A program made the translations under genes and the position numbers. Below are positions 1-12,410 of a DNA stretch of 64,000 nt, one piece after another. Under the pieces are notes generated by a model, which had not been told where the DNA came from, did no database searches, and was given only the letters and a program-made list of their open reading frames with translations. The DNA is from Pseudogymnoascus verrucosus (Eukaryota): the NCBI GenBank assembly GCA_001662655.1, contig KV460206.1. One strand, 5' to 3'. Each line of letters begins with the position of its first letter. Within the stretch, counting starts at the first letter, position 1.

Positions 1-579
1 TTTATACCATTGAGGAAGAGAGCCCTGGTCTCGTTGTGCGACGCCACGCACTGGAGCAGAGCAAGCGCGTTGCAGACACGGTTGGATGCCGCGGCGGTCA
101 ATTGCGATGGGTTGAGTAACGTATAAACGGAGATGATCTCCTGCAGCAGAGAGGTCATGACACCTACGATGCCACGTCAGCAAAGACTCCAATCGTCAGA
201 TTGAATTCATCAGCTTACCAAAAGAGTGCCAGAGAATGAGCGCCAATTCGGGGACCTGCTCGCGCTTCTTGCTCAATTCGAGCAATGCGCTCTCGCGGGT
301 ATCCTCGTTCAGCAGCTCCGCGATCCAGACCAGGACTCTCCGGTTCTCCTCAGTAACACCATCCATCATTGCGCTCTCTTGTGCATGACCTGGTAGGTGT
401 GTAGGCACAGATGCATTATGTGTAGCCTGGATGCGGTTGTAGTGAGCTGCAGTCGCGTGGGCGGCAGCTGCTGCTTGGGCCTGGTGGTGAGTTTGCTGGT
501 GGTTGTGCTGGTTCAACCAAGCGGCCTCGTTGTGGCCAAAGTTTTGGTGCGAGAACACGTGGGCTCCTTGAGAGAGCAT
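1..579 (-). CDS. CAF40: CCR4-NOT subunit Caf40/Rcd1 (CNOT9); 3' part runs off the window
   Basis: Exon 1 ends [26 protein letters not shown], then a GTAAG..CTGAC..TAG intron (~164-218). The next exon reads [52 protein letters not shown], the typical Rcd1 sequence. Confidence 0.93.
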
Positions 580-1728
580 CGTAAGAGTTTCGGTATGCTG
601 ATGCTTTGTGGATGTGGTTGGTGGTCTTGGGAGGAGGGGGTGGTTGTCGTCGTTGGTATCCGTTCGGTCGGCTCTTTAGCTGAAGGTAGATCGTTGAGAT
701 GAGGCTACCACGCTACGGGCGGCATGTACAGTTCAAGCCTGAGCGCCTGACTGGCCGGACAATGAACGGATAGCGTATAATAAGCGTCTCGTTAAGACAG
801 TGGGGGTTGTAACCGAGGCGCTACTGTCGAGTCCTGGGAGGCGGTGAGCCGGATGTTGGACTGTGCTGGACCGTGCTGGACCGTGCGATTGTGAGTGGCA
901 GGGCAGAACAGGGACAACGGCGGCGAGATTGAAGATTCGATATGTGATAGACTTGTGATCTGAGCGAGATCTTTAAAGGATAATATATATATTGGTAAAA
1001 CAGATGGAAGACGTCTTTGAACTTGGGTATAAGGTGAATAGTTGATCTGAATGTGGAGTTTGTAAGAAGGTTGGTCGGTTTTGACTGGCGAAATAGTAGT
1101 ATTTATATTAGTCCACCAGTGAATTTATATAGCTCAAACACGTTTCTGGCAAACAAAAACAACAATAAATTCACCTAAATACTACAATCACAGTATCAGA
1201 TCAGAGTCTAGTAAAAGAGCAATACTGTAATTACCACTCCCTGCTACAAGAGAGGTTAGGTTAGCTTCACTATCTACTCCTAAGTTCAGTGTATTATCCC
1301 GCCCTTGAGCTCCACAACTGAGACCGCATATCACGCAAATCACACTCGAACCCCCGAATAAAGATCATTACTATATTCCCTACGGCAATAGCCGATCATT
1401 ACGCTCCTAACGACTTGCAATATCCCATCTTTCTGTATACTCCGAGGCATCATAACCTATAAGACGCCCCAACAAATGTGTGCCGAAGGCTGGACGAGAA
1501 AAAGAGTAGGCATCTGAACGCTCATATAACCACACCGTAATATGCAGTGACCAGGCAGAAAGTAGAAGAAAAATAAAATAGCAAATGTGCATGACTCAAA
1601 CATAGAAAACTCGTTGATCCGTTGTGTCCGTAATGGAATCCTGATCGTCTGCAAAGAAAATAAAATCGTCGTCCCCGATACCGCCGTTTACTCATCACCA
1701 TTTTCGTTCGTTCGTGTTTGCCTCGTCG

Positions 1729-1970
1729 ACTTAGAGTTGGAGCTCTGCCGAAATTTGATTGGGCGTACTCTTGTTTTGCGAACTTGTTTTTCGAAGTATC
1801 GCTAGTTGGGCTCTTAGTGTTGAAGCTCTTTCAAAACTCGACCGCTTATGTTCTTATATCGCCTTAGAGACCAACTTCCTTCAAAACTCATCCGGCTATG
1901 TTCTTGTATCGCCTTAAGAGGCAAACTTCCATCAGAATTTGATCCGCCATATTCTTGTATTACCAACTAT
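1729..1970 (-). repeat. Degenerate ~50-bp tandem repeat derived from the last ~17 codons of the KIN1-like CDS
   Basis: Plus-strand units of the form cttagag..aagctc..tcaa.attt..gatccgccat.ttcttgtat..cc start near 1730, 1813, 1864 and 1913 and match the CDS end at 1984-2034. Confidence 0.85.
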
Positions 1971-1984
1971 CACCACTTAGGCCC

Positions 1985-4900
1985 TTAGAGGCGAAGCTCC
2001 TTCAAGATTTGATCCGCCATGTTCTTGTATTGCCAAGTGCCACCAGTCAGTCTCTTGAACTGGATTCCGTGCAGAGAGAACAGTGGAACCTTGACAATCA
2101 AGATCTCAAACTCAAGAATCATGCTGCCACCAAGATCGCTCTGGACATGGGTGGTAGTCTCTCCTGCAGCTCGCCTCGACGAGCTGCGTTGCTTAGATCG
2201 ACCGCTACTATCATCAGACACGTCCGAGTTGGAATAGCTCGCATCTGCAGCAGCACGACGAGAATTCTTTGGTGCTGGAGCGATTCTCTCAACATCTCTA
2301 TATTCATCACGCTCTCGATCATTACCGCCACCCAAAGTAAACCCACCAAAACTAATGCGGCGACGGTGCGATGACCCCGGAGGCTGCAAGTTCTGGGAGC
2401 TGGAAGGAACATCAACCACCTTCTTCAAGTCGATGCTGGGCATGTGGCGACACTGGAATCCTCCCCGAACCTCTTTGTAATTCACGTTGAGTTGTTTCAA
2501 AACGCGAATGATATCCGTTCTAATGGTGTTGACAGGCTTCGTCGAGGTGGTGGACACACTGAAGAGACCCTTCAGGAACACAGGTCTCGCGTTTTCGGCA
2601 TTGCCACTGCCATAGCTATCGCCATTATTATCGGATATCTCCAGACTGGCCTTCTCTGGGATATCTTTCTCCTTTGCCTCCTCACGTCGGGCACGGCGAG
2701 CTTGGATGCTCTCTCTCCTAGCGTGGCCGAGCGATTTCGCCCTATTGGTTCCAGAGCGAGGGGCTGCGGTCTGATCCTCATCGCGAGACTTCTCATTCAT
2801 GGAAGATCTCGCCCCACTGGCAAGTGAGTGGTCCGAACCGCTTGTTGCTGGTGGCTCTTTGTACGTCACCCGCGGCTTAGGTTCACGATCTTCGTGGCGT
2901 CGGCGGTATTCTGCCGAATTGACGCTTGTGGATCTTCCGATCATCTTGCCTGCCCTAACTCCGTCTGCTGTTTGTGGTGGAGTCAACAAGTCGCGGTCCT
3001 GACGGTTGCTGGTGCTGGAAGGCAGAATGGTGCTTGATTGAGCGCCACGGTCACGTTCTCTAACACGACGAATACTGAAGCTTTTTCTCAGTGTCGTCGG
3101 TGCCTCACTTGGCGATCGCACTGTTACGGCTGGCGGATAATGCTTGTCAATGTTTCGCTCAGGTGCATCCCTGCGTTTACGTGTGCTGAATCGCCTAAGA
3201 AGGCTGGTTGCAGCACTCTCCTTCTTCAGTTGCCCGCCCGGCGCATCAATGGCAGCTGGTGAGGTCGGTCCGCTAGCTCCTCCAACTTTCAAGTTCTTCA
3301 TGGATTCCGTTACATCGTCTTCGCCATGTGTTCGTGCACGGGCGCGAGTTCTTCCTCCGGTGGCCGTCTCACCTGGCATTTCATACGCTGCCGTATTGGT
3401 GTGTGCAGCCTGAGGGGGAGCAATCTCAGCCATTTGCAGAGGCGCCTCATTTGGAGAACGTGGCAGGCTAGTAGCCCCTGGGTTGGCTGCTCTACGATCC
3501 CTATCTTGCTTCTCACGAACCAAGTAGTAGACGGATATCAGAGGATGGAATGCATTTACAGGGTCGTTGCCCAATTGCAAGCCTTCAGTCGAAGGTGTTG
3601 TGAGGGTGTCCTTGCTATTTGTGGAGCTTCTGCGCTTGTAGAAGTCAAAGCCAAATCCCCTCTTCTTCTCAACATCTCTCGGAGTTTGCGATCCCTTGTC
3701 GCGGGCGGCCAATCGAATACCGCGTTGGTAGTCGTCAGACTCAATAACTTCCGTCAATTGCTGGTGGATAAGTTCCGGCGCACCGAAATCAAATCCTGTC
3801 ATGGCACGTACCACCTCAGGATCAAGAGGAAGCTGGATTGGTTCACGTGCGGGGAGATGGTTCTCTGGAGGGAAGCCAAACCCCTTGAGTACCCAGGGAT
3901 GATTCATGATTTCATGAAGAGTGGCTCTTTGTTTTGGGTCTGTTACAAGCATCCGTGAGATGAGATTTTTACAGTCTGGTTTTGTTAGTGGATGGGTCAT
4001 GTTGTAAGAACGGGATAAGCTTACCAGAACTGAGCCAACTCGGGTACTCGACAATGCCCTTCTTGATTTTGGCATGCAGAGCTTGCATGCTCTGGTCATC
4101 AAATGGAACTTTGCCACACACCAGAACATACAAAACAATTCCGAAACTCCAGATGTCAACCTCAGGACCGGTATACGCCTTGGCCTGCAGCAATTCTGGT
4201 GCAGCAAAGTATAGGCTACCGCAGAATGTCTTCAGATGCGATTTTGGTGCAAACAAGTTGCTCAAGCCGAAATCGATGATTTTAATATCACCCGTCTTGC
4301 TGATGAGAATGTTCTCGATCTTCAGGTCTCTATGGATGATGCTATTGCGGTGACAATAGTCAAGAGCACTCGAAATTTGGCGTGTGAACTTTCTCGCCAG
4401 CTTCTCCTTCAATTTACCATGAGAGATGATATAGTCAAGCATTTGGCCCCCATTGACGTATTCGAATAGCATATACCAATGGTGGCTCGTGCGTACGACG
4501 TCTCGCATGCCGCAGATATATGGGTGGTCGAGGAGTGTCACAATTGCGGCTTCTCTTGCAGTGCGTACCTCCTTGGAACGTTCGGCACGCTCACGATCAG
4601 CCCGGCTCTGCTGTTGGGATTCATCGGGGGTCGAGCCGCGGGGAACGATCTTGACAGCAACCTGCGGGGGACAGTTAGTAACCTAGTGACGATGTCATGG
4701 GCTATTGTTTCGCTTACCTCTTCTTCACCTTCAACACGTCTCGCTAGCTTCACCTTCCCCATACTTCCGGAACCAATGGTCTTTCCCAGGATCCAGTTAC
4801 CTGTTTGAGCGGGTATCACAGTTCTCGATCTTCCTTGTCTCGTGGCCTTTTGTTCCACGGGGACCACAACTGGCGCTGGGCCAGCGGCACTCGAGCTACC

Positions 4901-5272
4901 AGCTGCGCTCGGCATATCTGAGGTGGGATGATGGCGCGACGAGCTTCTGGTATGTCCGCTTCTCGATGACTCCGTCCGAATATGGTTGGTACGATCGGTG
5001 GATCTCTTCCTGCTTGATTGAGCTACGTTCGTTGTCTCATAGTCTTGTTGCGGGAGTATCTCGTCCACGCGTCGCGAGGTCGGGCGTGAATTCGAGGAGT
5101 GGGCGCGAACTGGGCTGGGAACAGCAGCGGAAGGTCTCGATCTCGTCGACTGCGTCCGGGATGGATTCGAATACGATTGACTGTCGCGCCTGGAAGATGA
5201 TCCCTGCCCCTCACGTCTGGACATGCCCTGTGCTTCAACTGCACTAGGAGGAGCTGAGGCGGTTGCTGACAT
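1985..5272 (-). CDS. KIN1: KIN1/PAR-1/MARK family Ser/Thr kinase with C-terminal KA1 domain
   Basis: Motifs [32 protein letters not shown] and the KA1 end [41 protein letters not shown]. Introns at 4662-4717 and 3976-4024 join three ORF-track fragments. First ATG at 5272 (MSATASAPP). Confidence 0.93.
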
Positions 5273-6012
5273 TGTTAGCCAGCGACGCCGCTGGGGATCA
5301 ATGCAGCCAAGCTTCTCGCGGTGCCGTATGTACTCGATATCAAGATCGAACAAGACGTTTAATGGAAACGAAAGCCTGATATGCTATCGCGACAGGTGTG
5401 GTTGGTTTGCAGTGCTGGGCGTCATCAACGTTGCATGGTTGGTGGTGGATGTTGCTATGGCCCAAGGTAGGTTGGCAAGGTTGGCAGACGCAAATGCGGG
5501 TCAACGGTAAGCGTGGCAGGTCAGTCGCGGCATTTGTTGACGCTTAAAGTCTGAATTTATAGTTGGGATATAGGTATTATTTCAAAGGAGATTCACATAA
5601 AGGAGACATAAATCAAAATGTGTCTCTAAGGGCTAGTTTCATGCTCGATGACATTCCGAGATGGGACCTGACATGCTGTCGTACCTTAGCACAGGACGGA
5701 CAAAGCAACCTAAGAACCTCACCCGAGGCGACTGGTTACTTAGCGTTAATCCATGGGAGTCAACGGCATACTTTGCGCTACCAGATACCAAGCCAATAAT
5801 AAAGTAATCTATGCTGTGCAGCTTGAGCTTGGAAATGCCAACTATTGCTTCGACTCGATTTCACATTTCCGTAGCTCTCATTGTTCCCAAATAGACTCAA
5901 ACAGTACTTAAGCTTCCTGGGCGCGCTTAAAGCGGCTAAGATAAGGACGTGAATCGTAATCCAGCAAGGTCAGGCAAAACGAAACATTTGCCAACCGCAT
6001 TCATGTCGAGAA

Positions 6013-8182
6013 ATGTCCGTGAAACGAACGCGCGCTGCTTATGAGTCTGATTTGCAGGCCAAGCAGAGCCCCTTTGTAGCTTATGGCACTCCGCTCCCTC
6101 CGCTTGACCCTGATGTCCGGGATGACGGGTCGTATGTTCCTGTTTGGAAGCAAGAGGTGACGGATGAGAGGGGAAGGAAACGTCTACATGGAGCTTTCAC
6201 TGGTGGATTTAGCGCAGGGTATGATTTCTCGTCTTCGCTGGGCTGAACTATTACTGACTGTGTATTGTAGCTACTTCAACACTGTTGGATCGAAAGAAGG
6301 ATGGACTCCATCCACCTTTGTCTCCTCGCGATCGAGTCGCAAGAATGGCGAAACGAAGATAATAGAACGGCGACCCGAGGATTTTATGGACGAGGAAGAT
6401 CTTGCGGATGCCGAAGAACACCAGAGGGTCCTCACAGCTGGGGATTTCACGGCATTGGGCTCTACGGAAGGTGAGGTCATGAAGCGTGGTGGGTACATGG
6501 ACCTTTTCAAAACCGAGGGCGAGACAATGGGAGTCAAACTGCTGAAGAAGATGGGCTGGCGAGAAGGCCAAGGGGTGGGACCAAAAATCCGAAGAGCTGC
6601 AAGACTGGGCATGGAGATTTCCAGTGCTGGCCAGCCCCAAGAGCAGCATCTTTTTGCGCCAGATAATACGCCAATGATAACATTTATTCGAAAGACCGAT
6701 CACAAAGGGTTGGGGTTTGCTGGCTCCGCAAAGCTAGGGGAAGAAAACCAAAACAATGTTGTTTCGAAACCGGAAGTCGACAGGGGGGAAGTGTTTGGAA
6801 CGACCCGGCCAATGACAACCAAGAAGGCAAAGAAAGCTGTTCGTGGCGGTATCGGCATGGGGGTTTTAAACGACACTGGTTCTGATGACGAAGACCCATA
6901 CGAAATTGGCCCGAAGATCTCATACAATAAGGTTATTGGCGGCGACAAGAAAAAGAAGAACCCCGTCATAAGTGGCGCGGCCAAGCCGGTGTTTATCTCT
7001 AAAAAGGCTGCGGCAGCAAGAGCATCTCTGGGATTCCGTAAATGTCACGACGGACGCCTTCCTTTAGATGGGTTCGTATTGGGCAGTGGGACGGATTCCG
7101 TTGATGTCACATCGATGGATAAATATCGACCAGTCGAAATTCCCCCGGATTGGACATCTGCAAAAACAACAACCGCTGCTCCTGGAGCATCTGACTATGT
7201 ATCAACTGCAGATGCTGCCAGAGCTTCGACATTAGACCCGAAGTCGCGTGCAGCATTGCTGGGCGAGGCACCTTTGCCAGGGAAGTCCGTCTTCGACTTC
7301 CTCTCCAAGTCCGCTCGTGATCGCATCGCTTCAGCATCGGGGAAGACGAACCTGCCTGCAGCTCTAGGAGAAGTCCCAGAGGGTTACGTTCCACCACCCG
7401 AACGCCGACGAGAATCGCCAGGTCAAATTCCAAACATTGACATTGATGTCGCCGTAGCTGCTCTGGGCCGCAGCGGGAGTGGTTGGATGCCATATTCTGA
7501 CAATGAAGAAAAACGGTTACGGTATACGATTTATTTGGAAATACAAGCAGGCGTCAGAGATGGGCTTCCAGAGAAGGAACCGGGTGTGGCAAAAGAAGAC
7601 TGGATCAGGGAGCTTCAGGAGTTTGCACATAGTGCGCAGATCTTCAAACCAATGACTGGAATGATGGCAACTCGGTTTACCTCCTCATCATCAGCACCTA
7701 CGGCATCTGAAGGCGCTTCGAACAAGCCCGGGACTTTACTCAGTAAGCCGCAGCCAAAGCAGGAAGATCCAGCCGAGGCCGCGGCTAAGGCTGGTATGTT
7801 TGGGCGCCTGACGAGATCAGAAGAAGACTTCTACCCAACTAGGCTACTGTGCAAGAGATTTGGTGTCCGCCCTCCAGCTCATGTACAGCCAGACCCCGAG
7901 AACGAAAGGGCCGGTGGGAAAGATTCCGGTCCAGCAACTAATACCGGCCAACCACCCCGGGCGTCGGAGCTGATTTCAAAATCTGATATCGACGATTTGA
8001 TCAGGGAGTCTGGTGGCCGCAACCAACACTATCAGACTGCGACTGGCGGAGATGTAATACCACCGGTAGAAAGGCCTAGGGAAGTTGTGGTTGATACGGA
8101 ACGGAACGAAGCATTAGAAGGCGAAAGACCCGGAGAAGCCGTGTTTAAGTCAATTTTCGGCGATGGTAGTGATGAAGAATAG
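6013..8182 (+). CDS. G-patch domain protein (GPATCH1/DUF1604-type splicing factor)
   Basis: [39 protein letters not shown] across intron 6219-6270; G-patch [18 protein letters not shown]-terminal [13 protein letters not shown] and FKSIFGD. Confidence 0.88.
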
Positions 8183-8973
8183 AGATTCATTATTTGGTAT
8201 CAAGAAAGTTGATCGTTGCTGCATGCTATGATTGATACCGACCGCACGACTCTATTAACCCCTGGATTATCCAGCATTGCAACATGACCGCCTGGGCCAC
8301 TCATATCCTCGCCGCCGCTGATATTTTTACAACACTGCGGCAGCTGTCGAGCCAGCACCACTAAACCACCCCACCCGCTCGTCCTCCCCGGTATCGTCGC
8401 GCCCGGGCGCTCATCAACATAGGGATGTTTGCTATTATATAGTAGAGCCATGATGCCTCTTTGCAGAGTGTTAGGATCGCCGTTAAACTAATCCTTTAGG
8501 ACATATTGTTATAGCTTTTAGATTATCTGCCTCCCTTCGCGGATCTCTGGCTGATACAGTGCAATTGGGGGTTTCAGTACACTTGGTAATCTATAAATAG
8601 TGTATAGTTTTGCATGGTATGATTGGGGTTGCTTTTGGTAATTTTGCATCTTTCTGCGAATAGAAGATAAAAAGTGGATCCGTGATTCAATGATTTTGTG
8701 GTGACCCCTATAATGTGTGATGGCGATGTGAGTTTTGATAGGTGAGGTGTTAGAAAGTAGTTTAGTGACCACCTCCGCACAAGCTCCGATAGACTTTCCA
8801 TGACGGCGGCTACAAGTGGCAGGGGTCCCACAAATTGGCCAAGCACCAAGCAACAGCCAACGCCATATCAACAACAAGCGAGGCAAGCGATAGGAGAGAG
8901 AGAGAGCTCACCAGCAGCAACAACTACACAATAACACCACCACCCCCAACCCCGTCAATACACCTGGATATAT

Positions 8974-8985
8974 ATGCCCATTTGA
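8974..8985 (+). promoter_or_regulatory. Minimal uORF (ATG CCC ATT TGA) in frame with WHI2
   Basis: Read directly from sequence. It is the last ATG in any frame before 9604. Whether it lies inside the transcript is unknown. Confidence 0.45.
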
Positions 8986-9603
8986 TACCCCGTTGGTATA
9001 GATCCTCGCGCATCCACCCCAGCGATATCTTTTACCCATCGCATCAGCAACACATCCGACAATCCAGCCGCGAGGCCCAACTCATCGTCTCTAACCCCCA
9101 TCTCCGCCCCATCGACCACGACGTTGTCAGACACGCCCGACGCCCGCGCCGGCCCCGTTCCCATCGGCCACGGCCACCGCGCGCAGCACGACAAGTCGCA
9201 AGAGGAGCAGTCGCAGTCGCAAATTGAGCGCAGCACGCCGTCCTCACCGCCCCCGCAGTACCCGCAGGAATCAGCAGGAGCCTCTTCCTCGCCGCGACCC
9301 TGTTCTCGCAGCCCACCACCGTTTTCGCCGCACGACAATTACTTTTCGCCCACCGCCGCTGATCCTGGCGCCGTTGACGAGGTAGCAGTTTCCGACGACG
9401 CAGCGAGCTCAGCTTCAGTACCAGCGTACGCATCGCTAGCCCCTGAATTTGCAGAGAGGACACGAGCAGACGACGCGGTTGCAGAGACAAAGGCAGCGCT
9501 ACCGCGGGATAATAAGGGGGAATCTTCTTGTAAGAAGGACGACGAGGAGCCTCCGCCTGCATATACGGAAGGGTCGAGCCCGTTACTCTCGTTTAGCTAT
9601 CTG

Positions 9604-10745
9604 ATGGCGGCCGCGGGAGGAGTTGCGAGTATTCTTACTCAGGTGCAGCAGGGTGGTCCGCCGCCGATTAATACGCTTGGAGGTGAGTTTTGTCGGTTCG
9701 CGTGCGGGAATTGACAAAGAGGAAGCTAACGAGATAGATGTTGGTGCCGATGAGAATATCACTATGGACCTGAGGTAGGTTTATGAATGGACGCTGGTCG
9801 GGGGGCGTGGCTAACATCTACTCTTTAGGGGCACGCGCTTCACTCTATCAAGAGACGAACTCTTAACACTCCCCGAATTCGTCCTCCTATCCCTCTTCCC
9901 CAACGGGCTTCTACCAGATGGCCACGTAAACGCCTACCAAGAAGGGGACGCCTTCCAAGTCGACGTAAGTCTCCATTTCCCCACCACACCCGACCCTTAC
10001 CATACCCAACCCACCAAAGCACATAGCTAACCCTCGTCTTTAGTATGACCCCGCCTCCCTCCAATACATGCTCGAATTCTTCCGCAACGTCGCGCAAACC
10101 ATCCCCGACGTGCCCACCCTCGACGACTCCGACGTAGGCGCCAACCTCGACAACCCCGCCGGGTCGGCACGCGACATGCTCCGCGACCGCGCGGGCATCA
10201 TCGTGCTGCGCGAGGACCTGGATTTCTACGCCATCCCGCCGCGCGCGGACATTGAGCAGAGCGAGATGGTGGAGGTGAAGAGGGCGGCGGGGAAGGCGCT
10301 GTTGAGGCAGGATGGGATTTTTTCGGGGCTGAGGAGGAGTGAGGAGACGGGGACGACGGAGCAGCATTTGATTGAGATGTTGACTGCTGGGTGAGTCTTG
10401 CTTTACCTTTCCCCCGTGTTAGTTGGTTGCTTGTGTGTCAGTACTAATATCGTCTCTAGCGGATTCAACCACACAGACGGCTGGGGCCACCGCGCTGGCG
10501 AACCCAACAAAGCCGTAATCTGCAGCCTCGCCCTCGCCCGTCTGCGCACCGACGTCCGATCCGGCGCCGAAGGCGGCGCCGCTGTAGGCATGGCGCAGAA
10601 ATTGTTGCTGTTTTGGCGCAAACCGGCGAGGAGGTGCTGGTGGGAAGGTGTCGAGCTGGAGGGTGTCGAGGGCGTGGAGGGGAAGCTGAAGGTCTGGATT
10701 AGGAGGGTGTGGACGCTGGAGATGAGTGTTATTGGGTTGAGATAG
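9604..10745 (+). CDS. WHI2: Whi2 growth/stress regulator (BTB-like fold); AUG-initiated form, about 5 exons
   Basis: Spliced product MAAAGGVASILTQVQQGG..DVGADENITMDLRGTRFTLSRDELLTLPEFVLLSLFPNG..IIVLREDLDFY..QKLLLFWRKPARRCWW..VWIRRVWTLEMSVIGLR. Four GT-AG introns start near 9683, 9775, 9965 and 10391. Confidence 0.87.
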
Positions 10746-11639
10746 AGGGGGGCAGGTTGGAGGTGGCCTACTAATTGCGTGGTGGTGGAAGTTTTCTTCT
10801 CCTTTGTAATTCTCGTCATCATCTCAACAACCAACCAATTTTCCTTTTTTTGGGGCTCGTCAAAAACTTTGGGGGATTTTCCTCTCTTTGTTATTGTTCT
10901 TTCCTATTTTTTTGGGCGAAAGAGAAACGCATTTTCAGCGAAACGTATCTGTGGTTTTTTCCTTTCGTTTTCTTTATTTTGATACTACAATACAGAGTGC
11001 GGCAATGCACAATTTACAGACAGCCAAGATTGGAGCAGTGGTTTTGGGGCTCATGGGCCCGTGTTTTGATTCGTTTCGTTGGTGGGATGGGGGTTGGTGA
11101 TATTGGAAAACATGTGAAGCATCTAGGCAAGAAGGCTAGGACGAGGGGAGGGATAGGATTTGGGTGCATGACGCGGAGTCTAGGTTTAAGAGGGGAGCTC
11201 CGTTAGCTAGAGGGGGGTAGCAGAATACAAAGCATATCACCCAAAGACCTTCTTGTGATGGAGAGGATGCCTGTGAGTGTTTATTAAGCTCTTCTGTGAT
11301 TAGGTGCTATAGAGGTGTAGTATGTGTCTATAGGTCCTAAGGGCTATGAATGCATCTGTTTAATGGGGGGATATCACTTCCCCCATCCCACATCCCCATT
11401 GAGATCTAGATTGCAAAAGCCACATATCAAAATCTGAGAATCCAAAACAAAGCATATCACTTCCCCCATCCCCATCCAGATATATGTGCTTCTAAACCAC
11501 ACATATCAAAAACCAAGAACCCAAACAGAGCCCATCAGTCATGGATTCCCCTGCCAAGAAGAGAAGAGAGGCCTACCTTGCGCCCCTAAACCTCCTGTGG
11601 AGGTCACGGAGATGTGTCAAGATCTCAAGATCACTTTCC

Positions 11640-12047
11640 CTTGGCAGGAAGGAACGACCCTGATATTGGGTATATCGTTCCTTCCGTTCCGATACCACGT
11701 CTCAAATAGACTAAACTTGGCAGGAACGACCTTTCTCAGAGAACACCACCGTCGTTCTTTCCTTCCCGCTACCATATCCCAAAGACCAGATTACAAGTCC
11801 CAAAAACCCAAATTTAGCAAGAACAACCCTCTATAGAAGACACCGTTCCTTCCGTTCCGATGCTATATATCCCATGTCTCAAAAACCCAACTTGGCAGGA
11901 ACGACCCTCTCTCTATAAAGGACACCGTTCCTTCCATTCCGATACAATACACATCACATGTCTTAAATCCCAAACTTGGCAGGAACGAACGACCCTGATA
12001 ATATACTCTACCGGCCGGTCGTTCCTTCCGTTCCTTCCGTTCCGTCC
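11640..12047. repeat. ~75-80 bp minisatellite, about 5 units, each with the internal inverted repeat GGAACGA..(T/C)CGTTCC
   Basis: Recurrent aaacttggcaggaacgacc, a variable 15-25 nt spacer, then cgttccttccgttccgat. Confidence 0.85.
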
Positions 12048-12285
12048 CAGCCACGTGGAGTGTAGAGAAACTAATGAACAAACAAGCAAAGCCCAGGAGG
12101 AACGAAACGAAGAGAGGGTCTTTGTGGTATGGATAGGCGGTAGGGATGGGTCTCATAGTAAGGGCGGGAAACGCAGTTTCTCACACTCTTACACTCCCCC
12201 TCATAGCATACATCACGGGTAACGGGTAACCAGCAAGGCGGCGTTCTCAGGTCAACCCTTCGCGCCCGTCTGCCGGCGTAGCTCT

Positions 12286-12410
12286 CATCCCACTTCCCAT
12301 CCCGCTTCCCATCCCACTTCCCATCCCACTTCCCATCCCACCACCTTTCTCACATCCACATCCACCACCACCTTCACCTCCACATCCACCTCCCATCCAC
12401 TCCCATCCAT
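12286..12410. repeat. Low-complexity (CCCATCCCACTT)n and CCA/CAT-rich tract
   Basis: About four direct 12-mers, followed by C-rich sequence. Confidence 0.8.

Noticed and set aside
1253..1265. GGTTAGGTTAG as telomeric repeat
   Set aside because: Too short and not a TTAGGG array.
1592..1598. TGACTCA between CAF40 and KIN1
   Set aside because: About 1 kb from the CAF40 start and probably in the KIN1 3'UTR; a 7-mer is expected by chance several times in 64 kb.
5273..5353. TTG-initiated N-terminal extension of KIN1
   Set aside because: Short (27 codons), and a good-context ATG exists at 5272.
8200..8451. 83-aa ORF as a gene relic
   Set aside because: No motif I can support.
11640..12047. CRISPR array interpretation (also for 46390-46670)
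   Set aside because: Eukaryotic context, degenerate repeats, short irregular spacers and no cas genes.
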